A DNA stretch of 50,626 nt, filler included, from Bipalium vagum (lineage: Eukaryota), in assembly GCA_037834085.1 (NCBI GenBank). It is 2 parts of 2 records of this genome, joined end to end, with 100 filler letters (N's around TTAATTAATTAA, not from the genome) between each part and the next. Parts side by side here need not be neighbours in the genome. Positions count along the whole stretch, not along the records: positions 19,924 to 50,626 come from JBBMKC010266294.1; 1 more part is not named here. One strand, written 5' to 3'. The notes under the pieces are model-generated. The model did no database searches. It saw only the letters and a list, made by a program, of their open reading frames with translations, and had not been told where the DNA came from. This document shows positions 25,730 through 37,740 of the stretch, in pieces; position 1 is the stretch's first letter, and every line of letters begins with the position of its first letter. A program made the position numbers and the translations under genes.

Positions 25730-27370
25730 AGATCTGCAACTGAACAGTTCAATCAAACAATCATTTCGATTTTTCGATTTTGATTGACACGAAACCAAAC
25801 CTCATTATGAAACAGCCTTGGTGGTTCTTCATCACCAAATACTACCAACAGTCATTGGTGTCTTTATCGACAATCACAAACCCCTCGGAAAATAATCGTC
25901 AATGTAATTATGTATATATCATTATCAATGGAAAAATAAATAAATAAATAAATTCTACGCGACAACAAGTTATAAATGTTTAACGAAAAATAAAAAAAAC
26001 AATCAAATCAATTACCATGGTTCATTGGAAATGGCGGACATTTCTTCTAGAGACGAAAAATCGTTTTTGAAATCTTCATCCGTCGATTCGGCAAAGGAAT
26101 GATTCGATAAATTCTTTCCATTCATTTTGACGTCGTCTTCCAGTAACATAAACACCTTCAATGGTTGTTGTTGTCGTTGATTGAATTAATATAAAGTGAA
26201 ATCGAAATTTCGATCAATCAAAACAAATGCGAAAAGAAATATTAATAAGAATAATAATAATTAAATAGAATTATTATGATAATCATGGATTCAGAAGATG
26301 AATTCGTTCAAAAAGTCAAGAAATTATTATTATTATTATTATTATTTTATCAAATTCAAGCGCATTATTCAAGCGATAGTGTACTTTGTATTTATACGAT
26401 ATTAAAACAAAATAATCAACCAATGGCAGAGTCGGATTCTGTTATGAATTTTTCTCTAAGTTATTTTGTTGCATCAAAATTTCTGTATTATAAAAGTTTT
26501 CCAGTCTCGCTGAGACAAAGTTTTCTCGTAAAATACGCTTTCATTAATTGCCAAAGAAATATTCAAAGCATTCTAATTCAACACGATTATATTTGAGTAA
26601 GAAGACAGGAAAAAAGTGAGAGCCATTTGAGACTACAATATTTAATTTGTCTATTCTTACAGAATTAGATTTTCTGCTTTAACCAGACTCATGATATTTC
26701 TTTGCCTACTTTGCTTTTCTTCCCATCTCTCTCGTCGTCTCGCTGGGCAGATACGATGGTGCATTTTTGATGTGGGGAATACAATATTTTACAAGCAAAT
26801 GTGTTTCAGTTCGTTTTTTCCTTCTTTCACCCAGGGAGACAGAGCTTGCTCAACTCGCTTCTCGGGCACAGCAGCAAATTAATAAATTAATAATAAAATA
26901 ATAAAAAAAAAACTGAAAACTGAAAACTGATGCCTCGTACATACAGACTTTGCATACTTGGTTTTCCTTTTTGCCATAGTGAGGATTTTAGGAAAGTTGC
27001 TTAATTTTTAATATGGGGGATAACTTCTTCAAACAATTGACAATGATTTTCGTATTGACAATTTATCATTGCTGAAAAGTGATGCCAATTTCTTGGCAAA
27101 ATGGCTATTATGTATTGACGAAAAATGCTCCCATTCTCTGTGTCATGTGTAGCCTAGGACAAAACAAAACGAGTACATTTCAGATCAAATGTACTGGAAA
27201 ATATGTTAACTATTGTGATAAAAATAGGTGAGAGATTTGGAATATAATATTTTCTTGCATTTGGTCAGAAAATATCAATAAACGTGAGGAATAGCTTAAT
27301 GGGAAACCGAGGGATAGTTTAAGTTTTTTTTATTAAACTATTAAAACAATTTATTCCCATTACGAACAAA
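25730..27370 (+). mobile_element. Possible very old L2/CR1-like ORF2 remnant
   Basis: Weak but correctly spaced motifs: DNHKP (~SDH.P), LPWF, RW...SLL..SSKL, LGF..HS, KRV...GERFGI*YFL (~Q.V...GS.LGP.LFL). Confidence 0.25.
26016..26149 (-). CDS. Candidate first coding exon or 45-aa small ORF of an unknown gene
   Basis: ATG-initiated acidic frame MLLEDDVKMNGKNLSNHSFAESTDEDFKNDFSSLEEMSAISNEP followed by G|GTAATT donor-like site (phase 2); locally CpG-rich; no homology recognised and no partner exon found. Confidence 0.25.
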
Positions 27371-27386
27371 ATAAATTGATGTATGT

Positions 27387-27457
27387 CACTCCTCCTCCAC
27401 CCCCTCCTCCCTCCCTCGTACACCACCCCACCCAGAACTCTCTCCTACCACATCCTC
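27387..27457 (-). other. C-rich tract; G-quadruplex-capable on minus strand
   Basis: Five C-runs of 3 or more (27400-04, 27409-11, 27413-15, 27426-29, 27431-33) with loops of 4, 1, 10, 1 nt. Confidence 0.7.
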
Positions 27458-28781
27458 AGAAGAAAAAAAAATGTGGGAAATGTTGAAAAATATTTTTACA
27501 TTTTATTATCATTTCGGTTTATCGTAAAGTATTTTTCGTCTGTGACTTTCGAGAAAAAAATTATTCCATTTCACTTGGCCATTGGTTGATTTTATTTTTA
27601 ATAAATTTCCTCGAAATATTTATCCATAGTTGCCAAATTACTTTTTTATATTTTTTTTTCCTAACGGAATTTTTTAACAATTATTTTGAAGATTCCTCTC
27701 TGATTGAAAAACCATAAAAAGACGAAAAATTATATTATTTTTTTATAACCCACATAAATAGTTATGATTTCTTTTTCACTTTTCATACGTTTTATTTCAT
27801 CAATAATAAATCAAATATTTTTTATTTTTTGTGATTTATATTTTTAATTATATTAATATTATAATTAATGTAATTATTTTCAATTAAGCTTATTATTATT
27901 TTTTTAATAATAAAAATTCTTTCTCATTTTTCCGTTTTGATAGGAGTTTCGATGGAATAGATAATTATTTATTCGAAATTATATTATATTTTTAAAATGA
28001 TAACTGGGCAATATCCAATATTGTCCAGCAATATCTTTCGAGAAAAACGAAAAATTCCATATTAGATAGTACTGGAATGACAGAATGCCATCGGTTTAAT
28101 GGATATTCTATATTGATCAGTGAAATATATCCAGAAAAAAGGAAAAGTCCAATATTGGAAAGTATTGGAATGCCACCAGTTATCATCAGATGAAGTCTTT
28201 CAAACCATTCTAACATAAAATGTCACAGATAATTTATTTTGTAGTTTCTTTATTTTTACAGTTGAGAATATATTGCAAAATGATGGCGATTGTATTGTTA
28301 AAGAAGATCTTTAAGGTCTTTCATATTTCCCATTTCATAAGACATTAATTCGTTTTATCCAATCATCCTGAATTCATAATAAATATGGAGAATTTCCAAG
28401 ATTAACTGCGATAACTATTGCGAATCTTTACTTTCAAATGTCTTATAAAACGTTTTTTTCCAATTTCCAACGTAGCATTGGAGACAATGAAAATAAATTA
28501 AGCCAAACATTCTTTTAATTTTTCTCAATTATTGGTACTTGTTTATCCTCTTTTCTTTCACATTTTCAGTTAGATTTTCAGTTGAATAAATTTTAACTGT
28601 TATAATTGTTGTTCCTCTTAGAGTACATAACCAATAAATTTTTTGAATCAGATTGAGCGCACAATTTCGTTAATATTTTCAAATATTCACAATAATATGC
28701 ACGTAATTTTAGCGGTTTTTTATGTTTATGAATTGCTTTTTACATTGTAGCACTTAATTTGGAATAGCCGTGGTTAATGTA

Positions 28782-29936
28782 CGAGGGTGCGTTGAAAAGT
28801 TCGATGAATAAAATTTAAAACAAACTATAAAAACAAATTATTTCTCAATGTAGTCTCCCACAAGCTGAATACACTTTATTAAACGTTGCTCAAAATATTT
28901 GATCCGATTGGTCTAGGCTAATTTGTCGAGATCTATAAAATAGCCAGTCAGAAGTAATCACCTCATTATTTCACGAAAATATTTTTCCACTAGAAATTTT
29001 CTGAACAGAAAAAAATCTGACGGGGTAGATCTGGAAAATAGAATGGGTGTGGAACTAGTTCAAAGTGTAACTTTTTAATTTTTTCCATTGAAACTTTAGA
29101 TATGTGAGCATGTGCATTATCATGGTTAAAAAAAATTTTTCTTCGGCAGACTTGGACGTTTCTCACGAATATGCTGGAACAGTTTGTCAAGTAGGTTTTC
29201 ATTATATAACCAAGTTTCGTTTTATTTTTTTCAAAGCAGCCCATGAAAATAATACCATTAACATCTCAAAAACAGAAGCCAGAACTTTTTCAACCTAGCA
29301 AACCATTTTTGCCTTCTTGGGAGCTAGTTCACCATTTGTTATTCATTGGATTGACTGAATCTTTGTTTCCGGTGTTAAACGATAAAGTTGATACATCATG
29401 TTCTTTGTCCTGTGGCGTTATCAGATGCGGTACCCATTTTGCACACAGCTTTCTCGTATTAATTTTTTTATGCAAGATCTGGTGAACACGTTCTTTTGAA
29501 ATGCTTGTAGATTCAATAAACTGAATCAATTTTAATCTACGGTCTATCAACACAATTTCTTGAAATTTTTAACAATTTTCTAGGTGATTGCTATTTTTGG
29601 TCTACCAGATCGTGATGCATCTTTAAAGCTCACACTTTTTCTATTTAATTCGGAATCCCACTTATAAACAGTTTTTAATATAGGTGAATATTCATTTACT
29701 GTTGCATCAAGGTCGCTCTTGATTGCCATTGGACTTAATCCCTTAATATTCAAATATTTAATTACTGCTCGTATTTCTTCTTTCTGTATTTTCTAAAACT
29801 GTATATATGACACTAAAATTCATATATTACTTAAAGAACACTGCCTATTGTAATTTTATTTTGGATATTGATTACTGAATATTAGTTTTATATAGCACCA
29901 CCGTATTTATTCACCGAATTTTTCAAACCACTCTTG
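28782..29936 (-). mobile_element. Decayed full-span mariner (irritans-like) with both TIRs and TA flanks
   Basis: TA+CGAGGGTGCGTTGAAAAGTTCGATGAATAAA and TTTATTCACCGAATTTTTCAAACCACTCTTG+TA; RKLCAKWVPHLIT, FNHDNAHAH, FELVPHPFYFPDL. Confidence 0.96.
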
Positions 29937-32636
29937 TAGATATATATATATATCGAAGTCTTATGAAAATTGTCTTCGGAAATTTTTCATTCAAAAATAT
30001 CATTGACAAATTACGAATTTAGTTTGAAGAATACTTACCAATTGATTGTCACTAAGCGGTGTAAATAAATAATTTTTTTTATTCTGAGTAGGGCAGAAAA
30101 GGCGCACATTCTTTTCCAATAGGTAATGAAGATCCATGCAAAGATTCTATTTATAATTGGATCATGGTGTATACTGGAGTTCATTTAAATAAGGGGTATA
30201 CAGAACATCCTGGAAAGCATTGTAATCAAAAAAATATGAAATCAATTTTTTCCATCTTTTTTACCAGCAGTTATGGGAGATAAGCCAATTCAAGGGTGCC
30301 AAGAAAATCTGGTTCTAGTTTTTGAATAATGCTATAATGAATGACGAGACCAATTGAGTTAATGTGTTCCATACACCAAATGTGAGTCTGGCAAAACAGT
30401 TTTCTAAGAAAAAGCTGTAAAAATTTGTAAAAAGTTTTGATTTTGCTCCTAATTATTTATTGGTTTATCACTTGACAAATTATTTATGAAGACAGATAAA
30501 AACCCCTAAGAGAATTTGATAAGACTATTGCAAGATTTCTTCAATAAAGAGGGTACACCTTACTTTGAAATTGTTTCTTTTCACTGGTAAATCGATGGAC
30601 AGTTATATAGGAAAAATATACCGTATTTATCTATATGTGTCATTTTTAAATATAATGCTTTACCTAAGTATCATTCATATTTTTGCAGGAGTCTGAAAAC
30701 TATTTATTCACAATATGAATTTATCATTAGATTGAGAACAACCCTCTTAAAAGATGGAAAAACATTTGCTTTTGGATGAAGAACAAATAAAATGTTTTTG
30801 TGATATTAAAAAGAAAATCATCAAAATTTGTAAGAAAATAATCAAATAATAGAGAAAAAGGACAACTCTGGATTTGTGAAGACTTTTTATAAAACTTTTA
30901 ACTATCATGGAGATATATTTATTAAAAATATAAAAATGGAAATGAAAAATTAAAATTATTATTAAAAAAAAATTATTATTAAAAAAATTATTATTAAACT
31001 TTATCTAAGGAATGGAAGGTCAGTAAAAGGATGAAGGTTGAAGCTTGATATCTTAGACAAGTACATATTTTTATTTTTATTATTTTTGCTCAGCAAAACA
31101 AAACTAAAAATAGCAAGAATGACAAATTTAAAAAACGCGGAATCTTATGTACCAACCTATCAATAATAACCTATAATAATATCATGTATATTTAGACACA
31201 AAGAAATCTCTAACTTAAACAAAAAATAGTACTATCAATGTTTATTTATTATTAATTGTTTATATAAACATATATAGAAAGTGAAGTAAACATTAATATT
31301 CTTGTTTTAATTGATCTTGTTTTAAATATAAAACCATTTTATTGTTTAGGAAGAAAGCCTCTGCGGACTGTATTTCAATGATTCCATATAAGATTATGTT
31401 TTATGTTGTTTTCCTTTTTGTTTCCTTAGTTTTATTTATATATTTTGAAAGAATTTTTAATTTATTTTTAGATCTTTCGATCCAGATCATATATCTGCTT
31501 TTTAATTTATCTTGACTTGAGACGATTGCAATGAAAACGTTCTAATATTTTTCACAAAAGTGTTTCAATGATAATTGGTTTTTATTTTAACAAAAACGAA
31601 CAAGGATAAAATAAAAAATATTTATAATTAAATTTAATTAATTAAAATTCTTTAAGTACTGAGTCCCTTTAGTACTTTACATATTATTAATTTGTAATCT
31701 AAAGACGTCGAAAAAATTGACTATCAGTTCTAAATCGCTTCAGCTATAAATGATTTTATCTCACTGAAAGATGAATAAAATATTCTTGATCTTAAAGACT
31801 CATAATCATTGGATATTATTATAAATAATAAATTATTATTATATTAATTTTAATAAATTATTTTTCATGTTTTACCCTTTTATTTTATTTATTTTTTAGT
31901 TTTATAATTATTAACTTTTACTTATAATCATAAATTTTGTCCATTGAATTTAAACAATAATTGTTTAAATAATCACTCAATTGATCATTGTATAAGTGTA
32001 TCATTTTTCATATGTATATAATTTGTTATATTTCATAATAGTAAAAATACATTTTATTAAAATATTTATAATGTTTTTAATTTTCACCTAGAATTTTAAC
32101 ATAAAACATTTTATTTTTCCCTTTTTAGTTCAATAATACAAAACCCTTCTTAAGAGACCTTTTGTAAGAAACTTCAAAGTCTTTTATTTTAAAGTATGAA
32201 TAAAACACGTTCTTTTTAAATATATAATTCATCTTATTTTATTTATATAATCTTATAATATCTATTTTCACCTTGTTGAAATTGTTGTAGTATTGATTGA
32301 TTATGATATACATATCAATAATGTTGTAAATAATATTTTCATTTTTTATTGGAGAGTTTTAAATGCTTTTATGAAAAATAATTTGATCAAATTCAAAAGT
32401 GATAATAATTTCTTTATGACCCTAGAAAGATTACTTGAAAATTATAGCGGAAATATATAATATAATATAACAAGTTATTAACGGGGAAAATTTTAGTTTA
32501 TTTTATTTTTATTTTATAAGTCATAAAACAGAAATTATTAATATTCATTGAACCTCAATTTTAATATCAAACCAATAGCTTATCTTATTTAAGTAATTAT
32601 TAAGTTATTCCTCTTATAGGTATACAATGATAATAT

Positions 32637-32869
32637 CTATGTGAGTCTTTGAATATATTTTTGAATTTTTAAATTTTAATAGTGTCCTTTTTAAAATTCG
32701 ATATTTGAACAATCATTATTTTAATTTATTGGTTAATTTTAAAATATTAATTTAATTTTAAAATATTAATTTAATTTTAAAATATTAATTTAATTTTAAA
32801 ATATCTTTTTTAAAAATTAATAAGAGACACTTTATAAAAATTTAAAAATATGTTCAAATACTCACAATG
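32637..32869. mobile_element. MITE/foldback element with ~45-bp imperfect TIRs and internal 19-bp tandem repeat
   Basis: Left tgtgagtctttgaatatatttttgaatttt..agtgtc vs right gacact..aaaaatttaaaaatatgttcaaatactcaca; internal (ttaattttaaaatattaat) x3-4 at about 32733-32805; right flank TA. Confidence 0.75.
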
Positions 32870-33253
32870 TATATGATAATAATACCCACACATTCTTTAG
32901 CTCATTGATCAAAGTTATGGTTATCTTTGTCGCCTCTATATGTATCCTTAAAATGAGCATCTCCTTTGTGATACATAAAAGATTTACTTTATAATTGTGT
33001 TAATATTGATTTTAAATTTCATTAATAATTATTAATTTATAATTTAGTGTTAAGAATTCGTTTGATCAATATTAAATTATTTTTATTGAGTTAATTCATG
33101 ACTTTCGTAAATCAATCATTTTCACTTATCCTTATCGCAGATTAATTTTCATCTATCTTTTAAGAAATAAAAAATTTAATACTCCTGATAAAGAATTACT
33201 TTTATATAACCCAGGTATACTAATAAAACATTGCTTACTTATTTGTTAAAATA

Positions 33254-34429
33254 TTAGGTTTTGTCATCTGAAATTTCATATGTCAAGAGGTAATTTTGCA
33301 AACGATTTACAAGGTTTTATGGTAAAGCTGCAGTTGTAAATTATATTGCATTTTGAAATCCTCATATTAAAATATGGTATTTTCATATTGGTTTATATAA
33401 TCCAATAAAATTTCAGGTATAACACACAAACTTGGAACTAATGATATTTGCACAAAAGCAGCTTCGGAAGCTACAAAAAACATTACTTTGGCATTCGGCA
33501 AAAGTACGGATAATGACGCACCATTTGGCGGTAGTATGAGTAATTTGCGGAACGCCCATTTGCGGAACTGCCCATCAAACGCAGATTATTATATGACGAG
33601 AATCAACATTGAAGATACTGATTAACTTACCGAGGTGACATTAAATTCAAGTAGCATCATTCTGGATCTACCTAAAATATTCATTTTTAGTCCGAAGACA
33701 ATTTTAAGACATTTGAAAGCGGTTGGTAAGGTTAACAAGTTTCAAGCATGAGTTCCGCATTTTTTGAACATTACTAAAATTTTCAAACCATAATTTTACA
33801 CAATGATATGTATTCGTTTTAAAGTCGTATAATGACAAGTGATGTTTCTCTACAATAACAGAAGACATTCAACACAATGGATAAATGTCCATATTGTGAC
33901 CAAAATCTGCACTGAACCACACAAATAACGTTTACCATCTGGTTGCCCATTGCTGGTGTCATATATTTTCTCCTTTAAGATCCTGGTGAGACTATCAACA
34001 CAAACAATCACTGGTCCGAATTTAAGAAAAATGCAACAAAAAATAGTATTAAGCATTTTTCAATTGTCAGCAAGAAAAGAGTAAGCCTCCTACTTGACAA
34101 TGACCGACACATATAAATATTTTGCAAAAGTTAACTGAAAGAAAAGGAAATCTGCAGCATCCACCGTATTTCCCACATCTAGCACCAACTGCTTATTATT
34201 TCTTTAAGCATCTGTATAATGTTCTGCCAAAGAACATTTTTGAAAATTCAGAGGTTATCGAAATTGGTATCTCCAACTTCATGACTTCTAGAAAACACAA
34301 AATTTTAACATAAATGATATTCAAAACCGGGTACCTCAGTGGTGCAAATGTGTTGAATTCAATCGGGTTTTTTCTATTGGGTTTTATCGATTTATCATCT
34401 ATTCGGACATATCGCACGACCTTATCTAA
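33254..34429 (+). mobile_element. Decayed full-span mariner (cecropia-like)
   Basis: TA+TTAGGTT TIR start; GKVNKFQA*VPH (~GKVKKLDKWVPHEL); LLDN; LQHPPYFPHLAPTAYYFFKHL; W.KCVEFN; degenerate right TIR ending CTAA+TA. Confidence 0.9.
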
Positions 34430-35633
34430 TACTGTAATACTTATTATACAGAATAATTGTGAAAAAAGTTTAATTAAATTAATATTGATAATAGTTTGAT
34501 AATATTTAATATATTGTCCCACACATAACACTCAATAACACTGACAATACAAAAAGAATTTTTAGTAATTATGCTTTTTGAGTTATCTCATATAATAATA
34601 TAATTAATTATAATTAATATATAATAATTATTTGTTGTAATTTTTATATTTTTTAAAACAAGCTGTGATAAATAAAAACTAAAATTGGTAATTAAAATTC
34701 TTAATAACAATTTTTACTTCATTTAACGATTTTTGAAAAATTTTCCATTTTACGAAGAGTAAATTAAAACAAAACCAAAGTTTTATAATTATAATATCGT
34801 TTAATATTTAACATATATAATCTTAAAAGTATTTTTGAAGATATTTTAAAATGAAAGATGGTGAATTTCAATATTTTGAATTGATGTACATTTTCTTTTA
34901 TAATTCCCTATTATAAATTGCCCCATACATCTATTGTACCCAAGACATTACAAAGCAAAATAATGAACTATTAATTGAATGTAATGAATAGTACGGATAT
35001 TGTTCCTCATCAAAGATATTGTCCTGTTGGGATTGCAGGTTATTTGAGACATATAAATAATGAGATTCAAGGAATTCAAAATTATTTATGGAATTATTTT
35101 CTTTCGTCACCATATTTATGTTTCATTGTGTACCTCTTTGGGCAGTCTACTTCAATTTTTACTTAAAATCTTTTGTGTTTCCATGTTGGAATAATCCGAA
35201 AATTTTACATATTTATTTCTTTTTAAAGCAATTAATAAACAGTTGGAATCCAAAAGAACGTTGAACATAAAAATTTTCATTAATTTTACTATTAATTATT
35301 GCACTGTGGCATGAAATTGTATTGTAATGTCCTTCTTTTAATGATTATATTATTTATTCAGTTAAAGGGTGATGATCATGGAAAACAGGAGAGATTTAAT
35401 AAATATTTTTGATACTTTTCACATTCAACAAAATTCTGAATCTGAAATTATGCCAGATCTAAATAATTTTTAATCAAAATTTTCTTCAGTTTTTGAAGCA
35501 AGAGATCTAAGACGGTCAAGCCAGAAACATGGTAATTATGGTAGATCTTATTTGACAACATTCTTAAATAATATAAAAAACAAAGATGAATTTTTTCTCG
35601 AACAGCATAAAATGATAGCAAAATGTATTTTTA

Positions 35634-35975
35634 TAAGGTTGAACCAAAAGTTAGTGCGTATTTTGTATGCTATATGTAAATTGATATTTAAAGATAATAT
35701 ATTTTATTGATTTCAGTAAATATTATTAATGCATCATTTCATTGATTTTTAAATTAGTTTTAATATGAATTGTAAAATATATCCCAAAAAGTGGTTTTAA
35801 TGATTAAACTTTTGTTTTAGCAATATAGAAAATTTTGAAATTAGAGCGCTTTTGCGTCATTACTGTAAACAAAACATAAATGACACGGAAGCGGCCAAAG
35901 CAGTATGTGACATTAAAAGAAAAGGTGTATTTTTGACCATTTTTTATGACAAATGCTAATTTCCAAATTATTGGA
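35634..35975 (+). mobile_element. Mariner 5' fragment (TIR and HTH start)
   Basis: TA+TAAGGTTGAACCAAAAGTTAGTGCG; ENFEIRALLRHYCKQ..EAAKAVC. Confidence 0.75.
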
Positions 35976-36718
35976 GAATTGAGTCATTTTTCTCATTTAT
36001 TTTTTTTACTTGTTTTTGATTTTTTATATTTATGCATTCACCATTTTGAGAGTTATGTGTGGTCGCCATCGGAGGTAATAAGATATAACTATAATTAATA
36101 TATATAATTATGGGATTCATGCAATGGTAATCAAATTTGGTTGTCCCGCTGCTCCAGTCTAGTATCTGGATCATATCTGAATGTACCAACAGATATCATC
36201 CAACTATACTTTGAGACCTGGTTTCAAATTGGGTAATATTAAAATTGTACTTATAGGAACACATTGAATATATGTGTATTAATGAGGTATATTAAAAGGC
36301 ATTGTGACCAATACAAAATTGAACAGGATACCAGATAAAATGAGACTTATTATAGGAAAAATATTATGTGTACCAAAATTAATAAAATCTAACTTAGATC
36401 AATAAATTTAGTTATATTACATCTTATGAAAATAAATACCCATAGGGAGGATCACTTAACAAGCCAATATAATCAAGTGATTCTAATCAAGTAAACAACT
36501 ATATAAATAATACTTTTCCTTTGCCTTATTTGATCTTTAATTTTTTATTTGTTATATAAATTGTAAGAAAATTAAAATGAGAGTACAGCTATAGATGTAT
36601 ATGTGATATCCTCCTACTAAGAATTAGAGAAGGTCATGCACCCCAATATTTGAGGCAGCTATACTGCTTTTTTTCACACAACTAAAATTGTATTTTACTT
36701 GAAGATATGTTCTGACCT

Positions 36719-37130
36719 TATACGTTGCCTAAAAATAATTAGAATATGAAAATGCATCAGAACACATTTATTAATAATAAATAATTTCTTGACAATACTA
36801 TACACTTGGTTCAATGCTTCTCGATTAAGTCAATTCCATGTCAAAAGTGCTTTGGTTACTTCATGAAATGCAAACGACCTCAGACGAAGGAATTGTTTAA
36901 AGTTTTGGAAAATAGGTCATTATGAGCAGAATTTACAGAATATAATGATTCTTTAATCGATTTGTAACATATTTTGTCCAGGGTTCCCAATGTTAATTCA
37001 CTTTGTGCGTTGCTCTGATGGAAAGTGATTTTTTTCGTCAATTAAGACCTTATAAAAATCTTTCATTCAATTGATCCAATAGGTACATATAATAATTGGA
37101 GTTGACTGTCATTTTTTCTAGGGTAATCAA
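36719..37130 (-). mobile_element. Mariner 3' fragment (irritans-like), heavily decayed
   Basis: TVNSNYYMYLLDQL, FHQSNA, HGIDLIEKH*TKCIVL..NY. Confidence 0.75.
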
Positions 37131-37389
37131 TTTTTAAAACTTTTCTTAAAACTTTTCAAGACATTTTCAGAAAATTCTATTCGCAAGCTTTTACACTGCA
37201 TTGTTAAGAGATGCAGTACTACTTTTCTAAAAAAATATTTCTACATGTAATTTATGTTTTGAAATATGGTATATACTTTCGTTCCAGATTCCTTATACAA
37301 AGCTATCAGGTTCTCGGATAATTTCCAGAGTTTTATTTACCAAAATAGGTAGATTTTTTATAACAAAATATAATCTATAATATAATAAT

Positions 37390-37740
37390 TAATCAACAGT
37401 ATAATCACCACCATTATTGACTACTTCTTCCCATCTATGAGGCAATTCCTGGATATCTCTAATGAAAAATTCAGCGTCCTTCGAAGAAAACCAATTATTT
37501 AGTCATCATCATTAAATATATTTCTACGTATACCATTAGCCATAGCCCGGAAGAGGTACAAGTCGGATGGAGTGAAGTCGGGAGAGTAGAGTGGGTTATC
37601 AATGACTTTCCATTTGAGTTCATTAAGAACCATTTTTGTGACCTTTGCTGTGTGTGGTTGAGCATTGTCGTTCTGCAGAATCACTTGGTCTTGCAAGCTG
37701 GGTCACTTATCCTTGACAACGGAGTTGTTCGACAGATAGA
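37390..37740 (-). mobile_element. Mariner 3' fragment
   Basis: ORF 37499-37696 VILQNDNAQPHTAK...LYSPDFTPSDLYLFRAM; downstream WFSSKDAEFF.RDIQELPHRWEEVVNNGGDY. Confidence 0.92.

Larger units (their letters stand above)
29950..35560 (+). mobile_element. Fossil Ty3/gypsy pol (RT, RNase H, integrase) interrupted by a MITE and a mariner
   Basis: LDHGVYW (30158), FIHN..TTLLKDGKTF..EEQIKCF..IKK (30700-30825), LKNAESY (31130), G...ADCIS (31350-31385), H..AH..Y..YP..C zinc-finger-like (32885-33005), W..FL..QST (35090-35155), GDLI (35390). Confidence 0.5.

Noticed and set aside
1-27500. Enhancer clusters from recurrent TGACA and CCTTTGA-like words
   Set aside because: Could not count against background; short words are expected often at this composition.
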